A DNA stretch of 64,000 nt from an uncultured delta proteobacterium (GCA_963843145.1 CAWJJC010000005.1:32001-96000), one strand, 5' to 3'. Shown: positions 42,431 through 52,452, counted from the stretch's first letter. Made by a program: numbers and translations. Notes: generated by a model from the sequence alone, not told the origin.

Positions 42431-43599
42431 GTTCGGCTCCGGACGAAACGCCGCCCCTTCTGAGCCAGGACTTCCAGATAGATATCCTGCAGCCGAGTGA
42501 GGTGCCGGGCTAAGGTAAATTTACGATCGACGGTCTCCTTTCCCTGGCGACCCATCTGCCTATATTTCCGCGGATCCAGGATAGCCTCCCTCACTCCGGT
42601 CACCAGGCCGGACTCTTCCCCGGGAGGAATCAGCAGCCCGTCGCGGCCGGAACGAATCACCTCCGGGGCTCCCCCTACGGCCGTGGCAATTACGGGTGTG
42701 CCCATGGCCAGGGCCTCCAGAATTGCCAAACTGAACCCCTCCCAGAGAGAGGGCAGGATAAACAGATCCAGGGCGGCCAGAATTTCAGGGATGTTTTTCC
42801 GGGTTCCCACAAATAAGACCTTATCCGACAGCCCCATTTCCAACACCTTGGCTTCCAAGACAGGGCGAAGGGTTCCGTCGCCGACGACCAGGACTTTGAT
42901 CTGCGGGAAATCCGGGATGAGCTGCCTCAAAGCCCTGAACAGATAAATATGCCCCTTCTGCTCTTCCAGGCGAGCGACGACTCCGATCAGAAAATCCTCC
43001 GGCTTTACTCCAAATCGCTGCCGCACCCCTGAATCCTCAAATTCCCCGCTAAAATTTAAGGGATCTATTCCGTTGTACAGTACTTCGATCTTCTCGGGCG
43101 AAATCCGGTCGAACCGGACCACGCTCTCCTTGACCGCCTGGGAAACCGCCAGGATTCGATCGTTTAGATTCGCGAGCACCCGATTAATCAGATGATACTT
43201 GATTCTTCGGCGGGAGTAGACGTTATGGTAATGGGAGATGAGCGCGGGAACCCGGGCTAGACCAGCGGCCAGGCGGCCGTATTTGTTGCCGTCATAGAGA
43301 TGGGTGTGGACCACGTCTACCTTTTCAGTTTTGATCAGCCGGTAAAGGTCCCGGACGATCCGCAGATCAAAGCGATGGCTTTTCATGCGGTGCAGGGCCA
43401 CCACCGGAAATCCCCGGTTTTCGATCCGTTCCCCCACGGGACCTTTCTCCGAAAGGACACAGACGAAAGGAGCAAACCGAGTTTTGTCGAGACCTTCCAC
43501 CTCGGTGATCAAAACTTCCTCGGCCCCGCCCACCGGAAGGGCCGCGAAGACATAAAGCACCTTCACCCGATTATCCGCGGCCTGATTTTCGTCGTTCAT
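42427..43599 (-). CDS. GT4 glycosyltransferase
   Basis: GGAE, YNGID, ARLEEQKG, EGFSLAILEA. Confidence 0.88.
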   Translation of the reverse strand: MNDENQAADNRVKVLYVFAALPVGGAEEVLITEVEGLDKTRFAPFVCVLSEKGPVGERIENRGFPVVALHRMKSHRFDLRIVRDLYRLIKTEKVDVVHTHLYDGNKYGRLAAGLARVPALISHYHNVYSRRRIKYHLINRVLANLNDRILAVSQAVKESVVRFDRISPEKIEVLYNGIDPLNFSGEFEDSGVRQRFGVKPEDFLIGVVARLEEQKGHIYLFRALRQLIPDFPQIKVLVVGDGTLRPVLEAKVLEMGLSDKVLFVGTRKNIPEILAALDLFILPSLWEGFSLAILEALAMGTPVIATAVGGAPEVIRSGRDGLLIPPGEESGLVTGVREAILDPRKYRQMGRQGKETVDRKFTLARHLTRLQDIYLEVLAQKGRRFVRSRT

Positions 43600-44323
43600 G
43601 CCAACGGGTCTCCCAGTGATACAGGGCGGTTAGATAGTATTTAAATTTGATCCAGGGAGTCCCGCCGTTCAATTTTACACAGCGCAGGGTCAGCAGGTCC
43701 TCCAGACGGTGGGTGTTGTCGGTATGGACCGTCCGCGCGGTGGTGAACCCCGCCTTCCGGACCCCTTCGATTACTCCCGGGTTGAAAGTCCCAAAGGGGT
43801 AGGCAAAAGACAGGACCGGCCTCTGAAGCAGGTTTTCCAGGTCCTTCTTTCCCCCCTCCAGTTCCTGTCGGGCCTCTTCGGGAGGAATGGCGGTCAAGTC
43901 CGAATGGCGGCGGGTATGGCCGCCCGGTTCAAATCCCTCCTGGATCAAGATCAGGAGCTGTTCTCTGGACATGAGGGGGACCACATCCGCTCCCGTACAT
44001 CCGGCCCACTCACTCCTTTGACCGATATAATCGGAGACCAGGAAGATCGTGGCCTGAAATCCGTTTCTTTTCAGGATGGGAGCTGCCCGGGTGAAATTAT
44101 CCAGGTACCCGTCGTCAAATGAAATGATCACCGGCCGCGAAGGCAGGGGCCGTCCCTTAATAAAATAATCGGCCAACTGCTCGAAAGAGATGCTTTGATA
44201 GGTATTTTCTCGAAGGTACTCCATTTGGGCGGCGAAGGCCTGCGGGGAGACCCCCTTGGCCGGGGGAAGATGATCCTCTACGCGGTGATAATACAGGATC
44301 GGAACCCGTACGGCCGCCTTCAC
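43571..44323 (-). CDS. polysaccharide deacetylase (CE4/NodB)
   Basis: PILYYH, SFDDGY, HTRRH, FAYPFG. Confidence 0.85.
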   Translation of the reverse strand: MKAAVRVPILYYHRVEDHLPPAKGVSPQAFAAQMEYLRENTYQSISFEQLADYFIKGRPLPSRPVIISFDDGYLDNFTRAAPILKRNGFQATIFLVSDYIGQRSEWAGCTGADVVPLMSREQLLILIQEGFEPGGHTRRHSDLTAIPPEEARQELEGGKKDLENLLQRPVLSFAYPFGTFNPGVIEGVRKAGFTTARTVHTDNTHRLEDLLTLRCVKLNGGTPWIKFKYYLTALYHWETRWHERRKSGRG

Positions 44324-45162
44324 AAAATCCCCCGAACCCGGCTGTACAGTTGACCAATCCGGCGGTGGGAATATATTTTAGCCCGCTGGGAAAACCATTT
44401 CCGCTCCCCGGAGGCCGCCACCACCCGTTTGATGGTCCATTCGTCCGAACCGGGGAAGTTCACCCCTTTCTCGGTCGTCGCCAGGGCCTCAAAGCCCAAT
44501 CTCTTCGCCAGTTCAACGGCCTGGAAATCATACTTTCCCCAAGGCCAGGAGAGAAAGCGGCAGGGCTTATGGAGAAGGGCCTCGATCAGCTTTTTCGATT
44601 TTTCCAGATCCGGGCCCAGGGAATCCTTTTTCAAGGGATCGAGCCGCAGGCTCTGGTTGTTCCCCAAAAAATAATCCTGGTGGAGATGGGTATGGGATTG
44701 GATATCGATCAGCCCCGATTCCTCCATCCTTCGCGCCTCTTCCCAGCGCAGCCCTCCCTCATAATCACCGGCAGCGGCCATTTCCTTGGCCTCCCGGTGG
44801 CTGGGGATCCGGGGCAAATCCTGTTCCTGCCTTCCATCGGGATCCCATTGCGCTCGCGGGGCGCCTTCGCTCATCCAGGAAGTAACCACAAAAATGGTGG
44901 CCTTCACTCCGTATTTCTTCAGCAGGGGGAAAGCGTAAACCCAGTTGTCCAGATGGCCGTCATCAAAAGTCAGGGCTACCGCAGGCCGAGCAATAGGCTT
45001 CCCTCCCCGAAGATATTTCAGGAGGTCATCCAAAAAAATCGTTTGCAGCCCCTTTTCCGAAATAAAACGAAGATGGTTCTCGAAGCCTTCCGGGGTAAGC
45101 GTTACCAGATCGTCCGCGTAGCGGTTAATATGGTGGTACATGAAAACCGGGACGGATCTCAT
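44320..45162 (-). CDS. polysaccharide deacetylase (CE4/NodB)
   Basis: PVFMYHH, TFDDGH, SHTHLH, SWPWG. Confidence 0.85.
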   Translation of the reverse strand: MRSVPVFMYHHINRYADDLVTLTPEGFENHLRFISEKGLQTIFLDDLLKYLRGGKPIARPAVALTFDDGHLDNWVYAFPLLKKYGVKATIFVVTSWMSEGAPRAQWDPDGRQEQDLPRIPSHREAKEMAAAGDYEGGLRWEEARRMEESGLIDIQSHTHLHQDYFLGNNQSLRLDPLKKDSLGPDLEKSKKLIEALLHKPCRFLSWPWGKYDFQAVELAKRLGFEALATTEKGVNFPGSDEWTIKRVVAASGERKWFSQRAKIYSHRRIGQLYSRVRGIL

Positions 45163-46310
45163 GATGAGTCCTTCCCGGAGGAGAGAGATGTCATCTTGTT
45201 TAAATTATTTTTTTCAATAACTTGCCCGTAAAGTTTCAACAATTCCTCTATATGTTTCTCCCAGGTATGCCGGGCCAGAATCCGCCGGTGAATCGGATCG
45301 AGATCCTCTCGTTTCAGCCTCAAAGCTCGAATAACCGCCGGCGCCAAATCCTTCAAGTCTGCCGGATCCCGAACCACCACCCCATTTTCCCCGGACAGGA
45401 GGGCTTCTGAGGCCCCGTTCATTTCGGTGGTGACCACCGGCAACCCCCGGGACATCGCTTCCAGACAGGCATTGCTGAAGGGTTCGTAGAGGCTCGGCAG
45501 TACAAACACATCCGCTCCTTGATAGTATGGACCGGGGTCCTTTACCGGTCCGATAAAAGAAATCTGACGGCCAACCCCCAGGTGGGCGGCCAGGCGGGCG
45601 GCCTTCCCCTGATTCCCCTCCCCGACCACGATCAGCCGGGCCTCGACTTCCTTGAGAATGGCGGGTAGGGCCCTGATGAGAAAATGAAGCCCCTTGCGCC
45701 GGAATCCCGAACCGACAAAAAGGAGGATTTTCTCTTCGCCAGCCCGACGACCCGTCACTGCCGGGACGGCCGGTTCGGGAGATATCTCCACGGCATTGTA
45801 AATGACCTTGATTTTCTCCGGCGCCGTCCGGTAATGAGTCAGGATCTCCTGTCTACCCCTCTGAGAATTGGCGATAAAAAATCGAGTGTCACTCCGTTCA
45901 AAAAGCCTTCTTTCCAGGGCCAAAGTCAGCCAGTGGAAGGGGTTGATGGCCGCCCCTATTCTTTCAGGAAAGGATTCGTATTTCGCCCGTTGCTCCAGCC
46001 ACTCCCGATGGCAGCCTTCCCCGGCCCGATAGATGTCCTGACAGGCGGTTTTTTCAAAACTCTGAACCACATCAAAGGCTTTCCGATCCACGGCCTTTTC
46101 CACTTTCCGGTTAAAAAGGAACAGCTTACTCAGTCCGGGCCCGCGATAAAGGGGAAGGGGATGGAGAACCAATCCCGGTCTCTGGGGCCATCCCGCGCTA
46201 AAGAGGTGGACTTCATGGCCGAGATTCAGCAATCTTTGAGCCAGCCGGTCCACATACTTCTCAGCCCCGCCGTGGGGCGAATAGCGGCGCCGAATCAAAG
46301 CGATCTTCAT
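45159..46310 (-). CDS. GT4 glycosyltransferase (WaaG-like)
   Basis: GGAEKY, DIYRAGEGCH, GSGFRRKG, YEPFSNACLEA. Confidence 0.85.
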   Translation of the reverse strand: MKIALIRRRYSPHGGAEKYVDRLAQRLLNLGHEVHLFSAGWPQRPGLVLHPLPLYRGPGLSKLFLFNRKVEKAVDRKAFDVVQSFEKTACQDIYRAGEGCHREWLEQRAKYESFPERIGAAINPFHWLTLALERRLFERSDTRFFIANSQRGRQEILTHYRTAPEKIKVIYNAVEISPEPAVPAVTGRRAGEEKILLFVGSGFRRKGLHFLIRALPAILKEVEARLIVVGEGNQGKAARLAAHLGVGRQISFIGPVKDPGPYYQGADVFVLPSLYEPFSNACLEAMSRGLPVVTTEMNGASEALLSGENGVVVRDPADLKDLAPAVIRALRLKREDLDPIHRRILARHTWEKHIEELLKLYGQVIEKNNLNKMTSLSSGKDSS

Positions 46311-46466
46311 AATAAACCCCCAGGCCCAGCGGGGCACCCGCAAAGCATGAAAATATTTAGACAGGATCTACAGGATGGACAAGATTTGCATACGAATGCT
46401 TTTCTCCGAACCTTAAACCGTGTGCCCTGTGCCTTGCGCCCTGAGCCTTATACCCTATTTTCGTAT

Positions 46467-47510
46467 TTATCTGCTTAGCAGGGATTCAATTCCGGAGATC
46501 GCCTCTTCGGCAGTGATTTCCTCCAGACAGCGGCTGACCTTGCTGCCCTCACAGCCGTCCCGGCCGCAGGGCCGGCAGGGCCAATTCTTTTTGATGACCC
46601 GGTGTCCTTTCCCCCAGGGTCCCCACATGACATCCCCGGACGGTCCGAAGAGGGCCAGGACCGGCGTTTTCACGGCCGCGGCCATATGCATAGGGGCGCT
46701 GTCCACTCCGAAAAAGAGCCGGGCTCCGTCGATCAAACACCCCAGTTGTTTCAACGTTAACCGGCCGGACAGATCCAGAGGGTGCGTCCGGCACTGGGAG
46801 AGGATGGCTTGAACGGCCGCTTGTTCCTTGTCCTCCGGCCCCCCGGTGACCATGACCTTGAGGCCGCAGACCTCCTGAAGGTGATCGATGACCCGGGCAT
46901 ACCCGTCCAAACGCCAAGTCTTGAACATCCAGCGGGAGGTGGGGTGAACCACCACATAAGGATTTTCGTTGTTCCCTCCCTGCCGGGACAAGGCGGTTTT
47001 CAGACCGGCTTCATCCTCCGGGGACCAGGCAAATTGTAACTTTTTTTTATTCGGCCTGATGCCGAGAAGACGCAGCATCTCCAGATGGGATTCGACAATG
47101 GGTTTGTTGGGTTCAGGTTGCGGCCAGGTCTGGGTATACGCCAACCTCCACCACCATTGTTTCCCTCTTCTGGGGGTAAACCCTAATCGCTTAGGCGCCC
47201 CCGACAGTAAGGAGAGGATCGCCCCCCGGTCTCCAATAGTAAAATCTATTGAAATATCAAAATGTTTATTACGAAGAGCTTTAATAAACTTTAACTGAGA
47301 GGGCAGCTCTTTTCTAAAGTTAGGGTCCTGTGCCCGGGGAAGGGTAATGACCTCGGCCAGGTCCGGATGACCCCGGACCATATCCTCAGTTCCCGGATTA
47401 ACCACCATAGTGATCTTAGCCTGGGGATAGGCCTCCCTTAAAGCCGACAAAACCGGAGTAGTGATGAGTACATCACCTAAGTGTCTTAATTTAATTATTA
47501 AGATATTCAT
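46467..47510 (-). CDS. rfaQ: LPS heptosyltransferase III-like GT9
   Basis: IKLRHLGDVL, HPTSRWMFKTW, VDSAPMHMAAA. Confidence 0.85.
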   Translation of the reverse strand: MNILIIKLRHLGDVLITTPVLSALREAYPQAKITMVVNPGTEDMVRGHPDLAEVITLPRAQDPNFRKELPSQLKFIKALRNKHFDISIDFTIGDRGAILSLLSGAPKRLGFTPRRGKQWWWRLAYTQTWPQPEPNKPIVESHLEMLRLLGIRPNKKKLQFAWSPEDEAGLKTALSRQGGNNENPYVVVHPTSRWMFKTWRLDGYARVIDHLQEVCGLKVMVTGGPEDKEQAAVQAILSQCRTHPLDLSGRLTLKQLGCLIDGARLFFGVDSAPMHMAAAVKTPVLALFGPSGDVMWGPWGKGHRVIKKNWPCRPCGRDGCEGSKVSRCLEEITAEEAISGIESLLSR

Positions 47511-47520
47511 CTTACATATT

Positions 47521-47946
47521 TCACTTTATAGCGGGAGATGCCTCAAAACCGGCGATTATAAAATGTTGATCAAAAGTAAACGCTTGGGATATACTTTTTT
47601 TTTTCATGAGGGCGAAGCTTACGGCATCCGTATAACTGAAATCCTGATCTTTATACCGGCGGATGATCTCTTGCGCGTTTTCTTCCAACTCTTGGTCCGA
47701 AAAAATCTTCATTACTCGGAGACTGGCCGCCAAGTTATTTAAAAAACTGACTCCGGCCGCCTGTCCCAGACCCCTCCGAATTAGGGTATAGGTTTCGGCG
47801 ATGATCAGGTTGGTGGTGACCAACTGCTGAAAGGTCTTAAAGATTTGCCGATAATATTCGACTGCTTGCCGGTGATGCCGGTCGGATCGGTCAGCCAGGG
47901 CATACCAGGCGCCGGAATCTACCAAAAGGGCCTTCCCCCCCGTCAT
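47521..47946 (-). CDS. vapC: PIN-domain (VapC-like) toxin
   Basis: VDSGAW, IIAET, SYTDAVS, TFDQHF. Confidence 0.85.
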   Translation of the reverse strand: MTGGKALLVDSGAWYALADRSDRHHRQAVEYYRQIFKTFQQLVTTNLIIAETYTLIRRGLGQAAGVSFLNNLAASLRVMKIFSDQELEENAQEIIRRYKDQDFSYTDAVSFALMKKKSISQAFTFDQHFIIAGFEASPAIK

Positions 47947-48200
47947 GGCTTATCGACACCCGCGTAATCCGCCAGGTATTCATCATGCTTTTCGGATATA
48001 TCTTTTTTCCCGGACGCCCCCAAGTTGATGATTTTAAAAGCGGGATCTTCCTCCAAAGGGATACTTTCCATATACCTGCTAATACAGAGGCGAATAATGG
48101 CCGCTTTCGATTTTTTATTCCTGAGGGAAAGCAGATCGATCATTTTTTCCTGTTCGGGCTCCAGGTAAATTTGAAACGGTACTTTTCTCCTGCTTTTCAT
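47943..48200 (-). CDS. ribbon-helix-helix antitoxin
   Basis: FQIYL, SKAAIIR, SEKHDEYL; ATGA overlap with the toxin. Confidence 0.75.
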   Translation of the reverse strand: MKSRRKVPFQIYLEPEQEKMIDLLSLRNKKSKAAIIRLCISRYMESIPLEEDPAFKIINLGASGKKDISEKHDEYLADYAGVDKP

Positions 48201-48231
48201 TAGTGGTAACCTCAAAAAAGTGATTTATAAA

Positions 48232-48260
48232 AATATACTATATAAAAATGTAATTGTCAA
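48232..48260 (-). promoter_or_regulatory. sigma70 promoter of the TA pair
   Basis: TTGACA-17 nt-TATATT; tataaaaat repeated twice across it. Confidence 0.6.
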
Positions 48261-48994
48261 CTCCGCAGTTTTTTTAGCTTGGAATACTTAATAAAAGTGT
48301 ACTGACTGTATAGAGCTGCTAATATCAGCCCGTTGGCCCCATCCAGGAAGCCCCTTTTCAGAACCCACATCTGAATAAAGGTGAACCAGGATCGGAAAAG
48401 AATTTCCGGCCAGGATACCTGCCTGCCCTCCTTCAGATATTGACGGGCGGACAACTCCGAATAGCGGTCCATTCTTTGGATATAATCCGAGATAGAATGG
48501 TAGGTATAATGTTCTAAGGGTGAGGTTAAGGTCTCCACCGGTCCTTTGACCTCCACCTGTTCATGGACCTCCCGGGAAGCGAATTTCCCGGCATCCTTTC
48601 TATAGAGCCGCAACTGGTAGTTGGGATACCACCCGCCGTACCGGATCCATTGCCCGCAAAAATAATTTTTCCGCGGCATCCGAAAACCGGCAACTGGAGG
48701 ATCCTGCTGAAGGATCTTTTTGATTTCCAGACGCGCTGCTTCCGTTACCCGTTCATCGGCATCGATATTCAAGATCCAGGAACCCTTGGCCTTTTCCTGA
48801 GCGCTATTTTTTTGCCCGACAAAACCCTTCCAGGGTTCCTGAAAAACCTGAGCTTTGAATTCTCTCGCAATGCTCTGGGTCAAATCCCGGCTGCCCGAAT
48901 CCACCACAATGATTTCATCGGCGAACCGCACGCTTTCCAGGCAATCCCGGAGGTTTCGCTCCTCGTTTAAGGTAATAATAGTTACGGAAAGCAT
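48257..48994 (-). CDS. GT2 glycosyltransferase (WaaE/KdtX-like)
   Basis: NEERNL, VVDSGS, IDADE, VHE, HYTY. Confidence 0.88.
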   Translation of the reverse strand: MLSVTIITLNEERNLRDCLESVRFADEIIVVDSGSRDLTQSIAREFKAQVFQEPWKGFVGQKNSAQEKAKGSWILNIDADERVTEAARLEIKKILQQDPPVAGFRMPRKNYFCGQWIRYGGWYPNYQLRLYRKDAGKFASREVHEQVEVKGPVETLTSPLEHYTYHSISDYIQRMDRYSELSARQYLKEGRQVSWPEILFRSWFTFIQMWVLKRGFLDGANGLILAALYSQYTFIKYSKLKKLRS

Positions 48995-49212
48995 AGGTCC
49001 ATATTAGAAAAAATTATATAAATAATCAATGCTTATATCTTCAGAGCTCGATGATTTCGCTTCCAGACGGGAAACCCTTCCCTACCTCCGGCTCCTTTCC
49101 GGCCCAAATGATAATGGATGGACTTGCGTGGGTGCATGACGCCCGGCGGGGATGGGGTGCCGTCTTGAGTTGTTGGAGATTACCAGGACTGGTCTGGTCG
49201 GACTACGTTTAA

Positions 49213-49245
49213 GCTTCATTCTGCAGCGGAGTTGCAGAATGAAGC
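49213..49245. other. perfect 13-bp hairpin
   Basis: gcttcattctgca-gcggagt-tgcagaatgaagc. Confidence 0.55.
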
Positions 49246-49440
49246 CTGAAGAACTAAGCCGCGGCGCAATCTATGGGGAATGAATCCAAGCGGGTTTATT
49301 TTATCAACTGCAGGGGATATGGTTTAGAAGGCAGAAAACCATTTCCGGATCGGATAGGAGCCAGGGAGGGGAAATTATCGATTGGGGGTTTTCTAATTAT
49401 CGGTGAAATCTAAACGGGCGTGTCGTCGCATAGAACATTC

Positions 49441-49720
49441 CTATCCTGTTTTCCGCCTCCATCTTTTTAACCACCATGGCCACTCCGGTGGTCCCGATAA
49501 CAACCTGCCGGGCGATCTCCGCCAGAGGAATCCCCAGTTCCCTTGATAAATAAACTCAGAGGCTTCGGCGGAGTTCCGATACGGTCCGGCGGCGGCTCCC
49601 GGATCTCAATTCCCGTTCGTTGACCCCGGCTTCCCGGCACCGTTCTCTAATGATTCGAGCTAAAGGCCCTGTTTGCTTCCGGGCCCGAATTTGCCGGGCC
49701 AACTTTGAGGAGGGCTGGAA
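49441..49720 (-). pseudogene. C-terminal HTH remnant of a Y1/REP-associated tyrosine transposase
   Basis: ELRSGSRRRTVSELR, then after a frameshift YLSRELGIPLAEIARQ. Confidence 0.55.
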
Positions 49721-49885
49721 GAGGTAGTGACGACCCGAAGACTTTTCTGTCAACTGACGGTCAAAAAATGGAGATATTCGGGGGCGGAAGTAGCGCGCTA
49801 TTTAGGATCAACGACGCCATCCGTTACCCGGTTGGCAAACTCTCCGGAAATGCCTGGCCTCGACCGCTCTAATTATGCAATTTAG
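49721..49885 (+). pseudogene. second Y1-transposase C-terminal HTH remnant, opposite orientation
   Basis: Manual translation EVVTTRRLFCQLTVKKWRYSGAEVARYLGSTTPSVTRLAN. Confidence 0.5.
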
Positions 49886-50055
49886 AACCAACGTATTATG
49901 GTAAGTCCCGTCAATCTCGAGCGATCGTTCCGGAACATCTTTGCCATAACGCTGCTTCCGGCTTGGAGAAATTATAATCGCTGAAAATAGCCTTAGCGTG
50001 TCAGGCAGCCGAAGTGCGTTCTCCTACCTGCTGCTGCCGGCCGTGCAATCACCTA

Positions 50056-50680
50056 TCAAACAAGCACCGGGCCTGCCGAGCAAGTCGTCCCTGTAGCAGC
50101 AAGACCGGCCGTGCAATCATTTTGCGCGCAATCACCTTGCGTGCAATCTCGACTTGCCGTAGGACCCGCAACGCAATCCCGAGTTACGTCCGAACCCGCA
50201 CTGCAATCAAGGAATGTGCCTGTTGGAGCGCCACCACAAGTGCAACGTCCTCCGCCGCCGGTCCCTGTTCCCAGTTCCCGGTCCCGGTCCCTGTCCCAGT
50301 CCCGGTCCCAGTTCCCGTCCCGGTCCCAGTCCCGGTCCCTGTCCCGGTCCCGGTCCCAGTTCCCTGTCCCGGTCCCTGTCCCAGTCCCGGTCCCAGTCGT
50401 CCCAGTCCCGGTCCCAGTTCCCGTTCCTGTCCCGGTCCCGGTCCCAGTTCCCGTTCCTGTCCCTGTCCCGGTCCCAGTTCCCGTTCCTGTCCCTGTCCCA
50501 GTCCCTGTCCCGGTTCCCGTTCCCGTCCCGGTTCCCGTTCCCGTTCCCGGTCCCGGTCCCAGTCCCGGTCCCAGTTCCCGTTACTCCACTTCCAGCTTGA
50601 CATGCTCCGCTCCCTCTGGCCGTCTCACCCAGGAAGACCACGGTCGGAGATTCGTACTTGTTCTCACTTTTCTTTTCCAT
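50056..50680 (-). CDS. RiPP precursor copy 2 (ScmA-like) with about 53 Thr-Gly dipeptides; four +1 frameshifts in the tract
   Basis: GGAGG RBS; leader identical to the 58704-59189 copy; same Cys-rich C-terminus; each shift is a tcc-to-tccc expansion. Confidence 0.75.
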
Positions 50681-50803
50681 AACTTACCTCCGTGGAAGCT
50701 GCTTTGGATTGTATCGTGAAGTTCTTGCTTGATTCAGGATTCCGCACTCGTTTACCACTTCGGTGACAATTATTGCCCGTTATTTTTTCTCCGTTTCCGT
50801 TCT

Positions 50804-51021
50804 TTAGGAACGAGTGATGGGTATATTGTTTTTCACTCAAATTGTAGATCAGATATTGGCTTGGGGTTTCAGTGATCAAGAGAATCTCATGAGCAGCCTG
50901 CCGCTGATTGAGAAAATCCACGATCATCTTGTGAGCCCGATACCACTCCATGCTTTTTGGAAAAAGGTTTTCTTGTCCCAGGGGCTCATAATAGATAAAG
51001 GTTAGAATGGTAAATAGTAAC
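50804..51021 (-). pseudogene. duplicated 3' fragment of the 59440-61140 membrane glycosyltransferase gene
   Basis: MEWYRAHKMIVDFLNQRQAAHEILLITETPSQYLIYNL|SEKQYT, an in-frame 165-bp deletion relative to the parent gene. Confidence 0.85.
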
Positions 51022-51183
51022 TTTGCAGACCCTGCGGCAGCGAATCCGGGAAATCGACCCGGCCGAAGCGGCTAACCGGTGCAGCGCCGCTTACCACCAG
51101 GGAGCATTGCCCCCCTATGGATTATTAGGTCAATAGTTGCCCGTGGAAATCCAGGCGAGTAAAGCTATCACCATTTTTAGAGT

Positions 51184-52452
51184 TTATTCTCCGCGCAGCC
51201 CTGATGATGAAAACATCCAGGCAGAAACCTCTCTCCCCCGATGCGCCTGATGGACCGCTTTTAGAACCGATTGATCACGGCGGAATAGCCGAAGAGGCAT
51301 ACTAGTATAGCAGACTATCGGGCGGCCTAGTCGCAATAAATAACACAGATATATCTTCGGCGAAGACACCGACACTGGATAGAAGCGGGCCATATACTCC
51401 CTTGGCGGAAAAGCTTTTTTTAACACAGCCAGGACTTTACCTTTAATCCCTTTAACTCTTTTTATCTTTGAAAGTGAGCCGATTCTAATTCCAATATACT
51501 GATCTGACGGGCTTATATCAAAAATTTGTTCCAGGGCCTCATCAAAAAAAACAGACTGGTAATCATCGGGCTTTATCGCCGACATTATGTTTTCCGGCGC
51601 CGCCGCTCCCAGCAATTCCTGGACGAGAAGCAACATCAAGTAAACACACTTTTGGCCGCCCCACCGGATGGCCCTCTCAATTAGTACTTGCCAGTCGATT
51701 TTATCTGCGGATGTTTTTATCAATCTGGCGATATCACATAAAGGAATCAAATCTAATCCGGTCTCCAGATTGTCGCAAGCATGGATACACAAATGAAAAA
51801 ATAAATCCTCCGGAGACAAAGCGCGGACCTCTACATTATCCACTTTGATAAGACACGCTCTCTCCCACAACCCGTCAAGATCTACTTTAATGGGTCTATT
51901 CGGAATCACTATATTCCAGTGAAGTTCTATTATCGTCCCTCTATTATTCGCAAAAGGCGGCAGATGATGAATAATCTTTAATGTGTTCTCCCAGGCAGGA
52001 AAATCCTGTTTATAGCCTAGAGTCAGTAGTATCCGCCCAGCCCTGACCAGATCTTCTTCTTTCACTAAAAGATCCATATCAACCATTGGCCTTAAAGCAA
52101 TATCCCCATAGATGCTTTTTGCAAGCGAGAGACCTTTGAGCGCAATGACCGGCAGTCGGTTGTCGGTCAGAGACTTAAGAACTATTGAGGCATCAAAAAA
52201 AAGGCTCGTGTTCCTAGTCGCAACATCTCGGTATACGTCCCTGAGTCTGTTTCTGGCCTCAATGGGGATAAGCTCAGTCGAAATGTTACGGGATTTTATT
52301 TCTCGAAAGAACAATCCCCCCACTTTTAAACGCAGCGCACAATCTACCAGACTCTCCGCATCAGCCGAAGATAATTTTCCCAGCCTGGCTTCTGGTATTC
52401 TTCTACCTGAAAGAAAATCGCATATAAGTCGGCCCCTCTCTTTTTTTTCCAT
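51184..52452 (-). CDS. nucleotidyltransferase family protein (NTP_transf_5-like)
   Basis: LKGLSLA..YG...RPMVDMDLLV, IELHW, HLCIHA, LCDI. Confidence 0.8.
   Translation of the reverse strand: MEKKERGRLICDFLSGRRIPEARLGKLSSADAESLVDCALRLKVGGLFFREIKSRNISTELIPIEARNRLRDVYRDVATRNTSLFFDASIVLKSLTDNRLPVIALKGLSLAKSIYGDIALRPMVDMDLLVKEEDLVRAGRILLTLGYKQDFPAWENTLKIIHHLPPFANNRGTIIELHWNIVIPNRPIKVDLDGLWERACLIKVDNVEVRALSPEDLFFHLCIHACDNLETGLDLIPLCDIARLIKTSADKIDWQVLIERAIRWGGQKCVYLMLLLVQELLGAAAPENIMSAIKPDDYQSVFFDEALEQIFDISPSDQYIGIRIGSLSKIKRVKGIKGKVLAVLKKAFPPREYMARFYPVSVSSPKIYLCYLLRLGRPIVCYTSMPLRLFRRDQSVLKAVHQAHRGREVSAWMFSSSGLRGE

Larger units (their letters stand above)
49904..51021. repeat. diverged direct-repeat copy of 58552-59857 with two internal deletions
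   Basis: 49904-50805 matches 58552-59314; 50804-50837 matches 59475-59508; 50838-51021 matches 59674-59857. Confidence 0.92.

Noticed and set aside
50257-50581. Possible CRISPR array or non-coding microsatellite
   Set aside because: 6-nt units with no unique spacers and no cas genes; the tract is embedded in a coding frame.
50664-50951. 95-aa ORF as an independent gene
   Set aside because: A chimera of duplicated glycosyltransferase 3' fragments and precursor upstream DNA.
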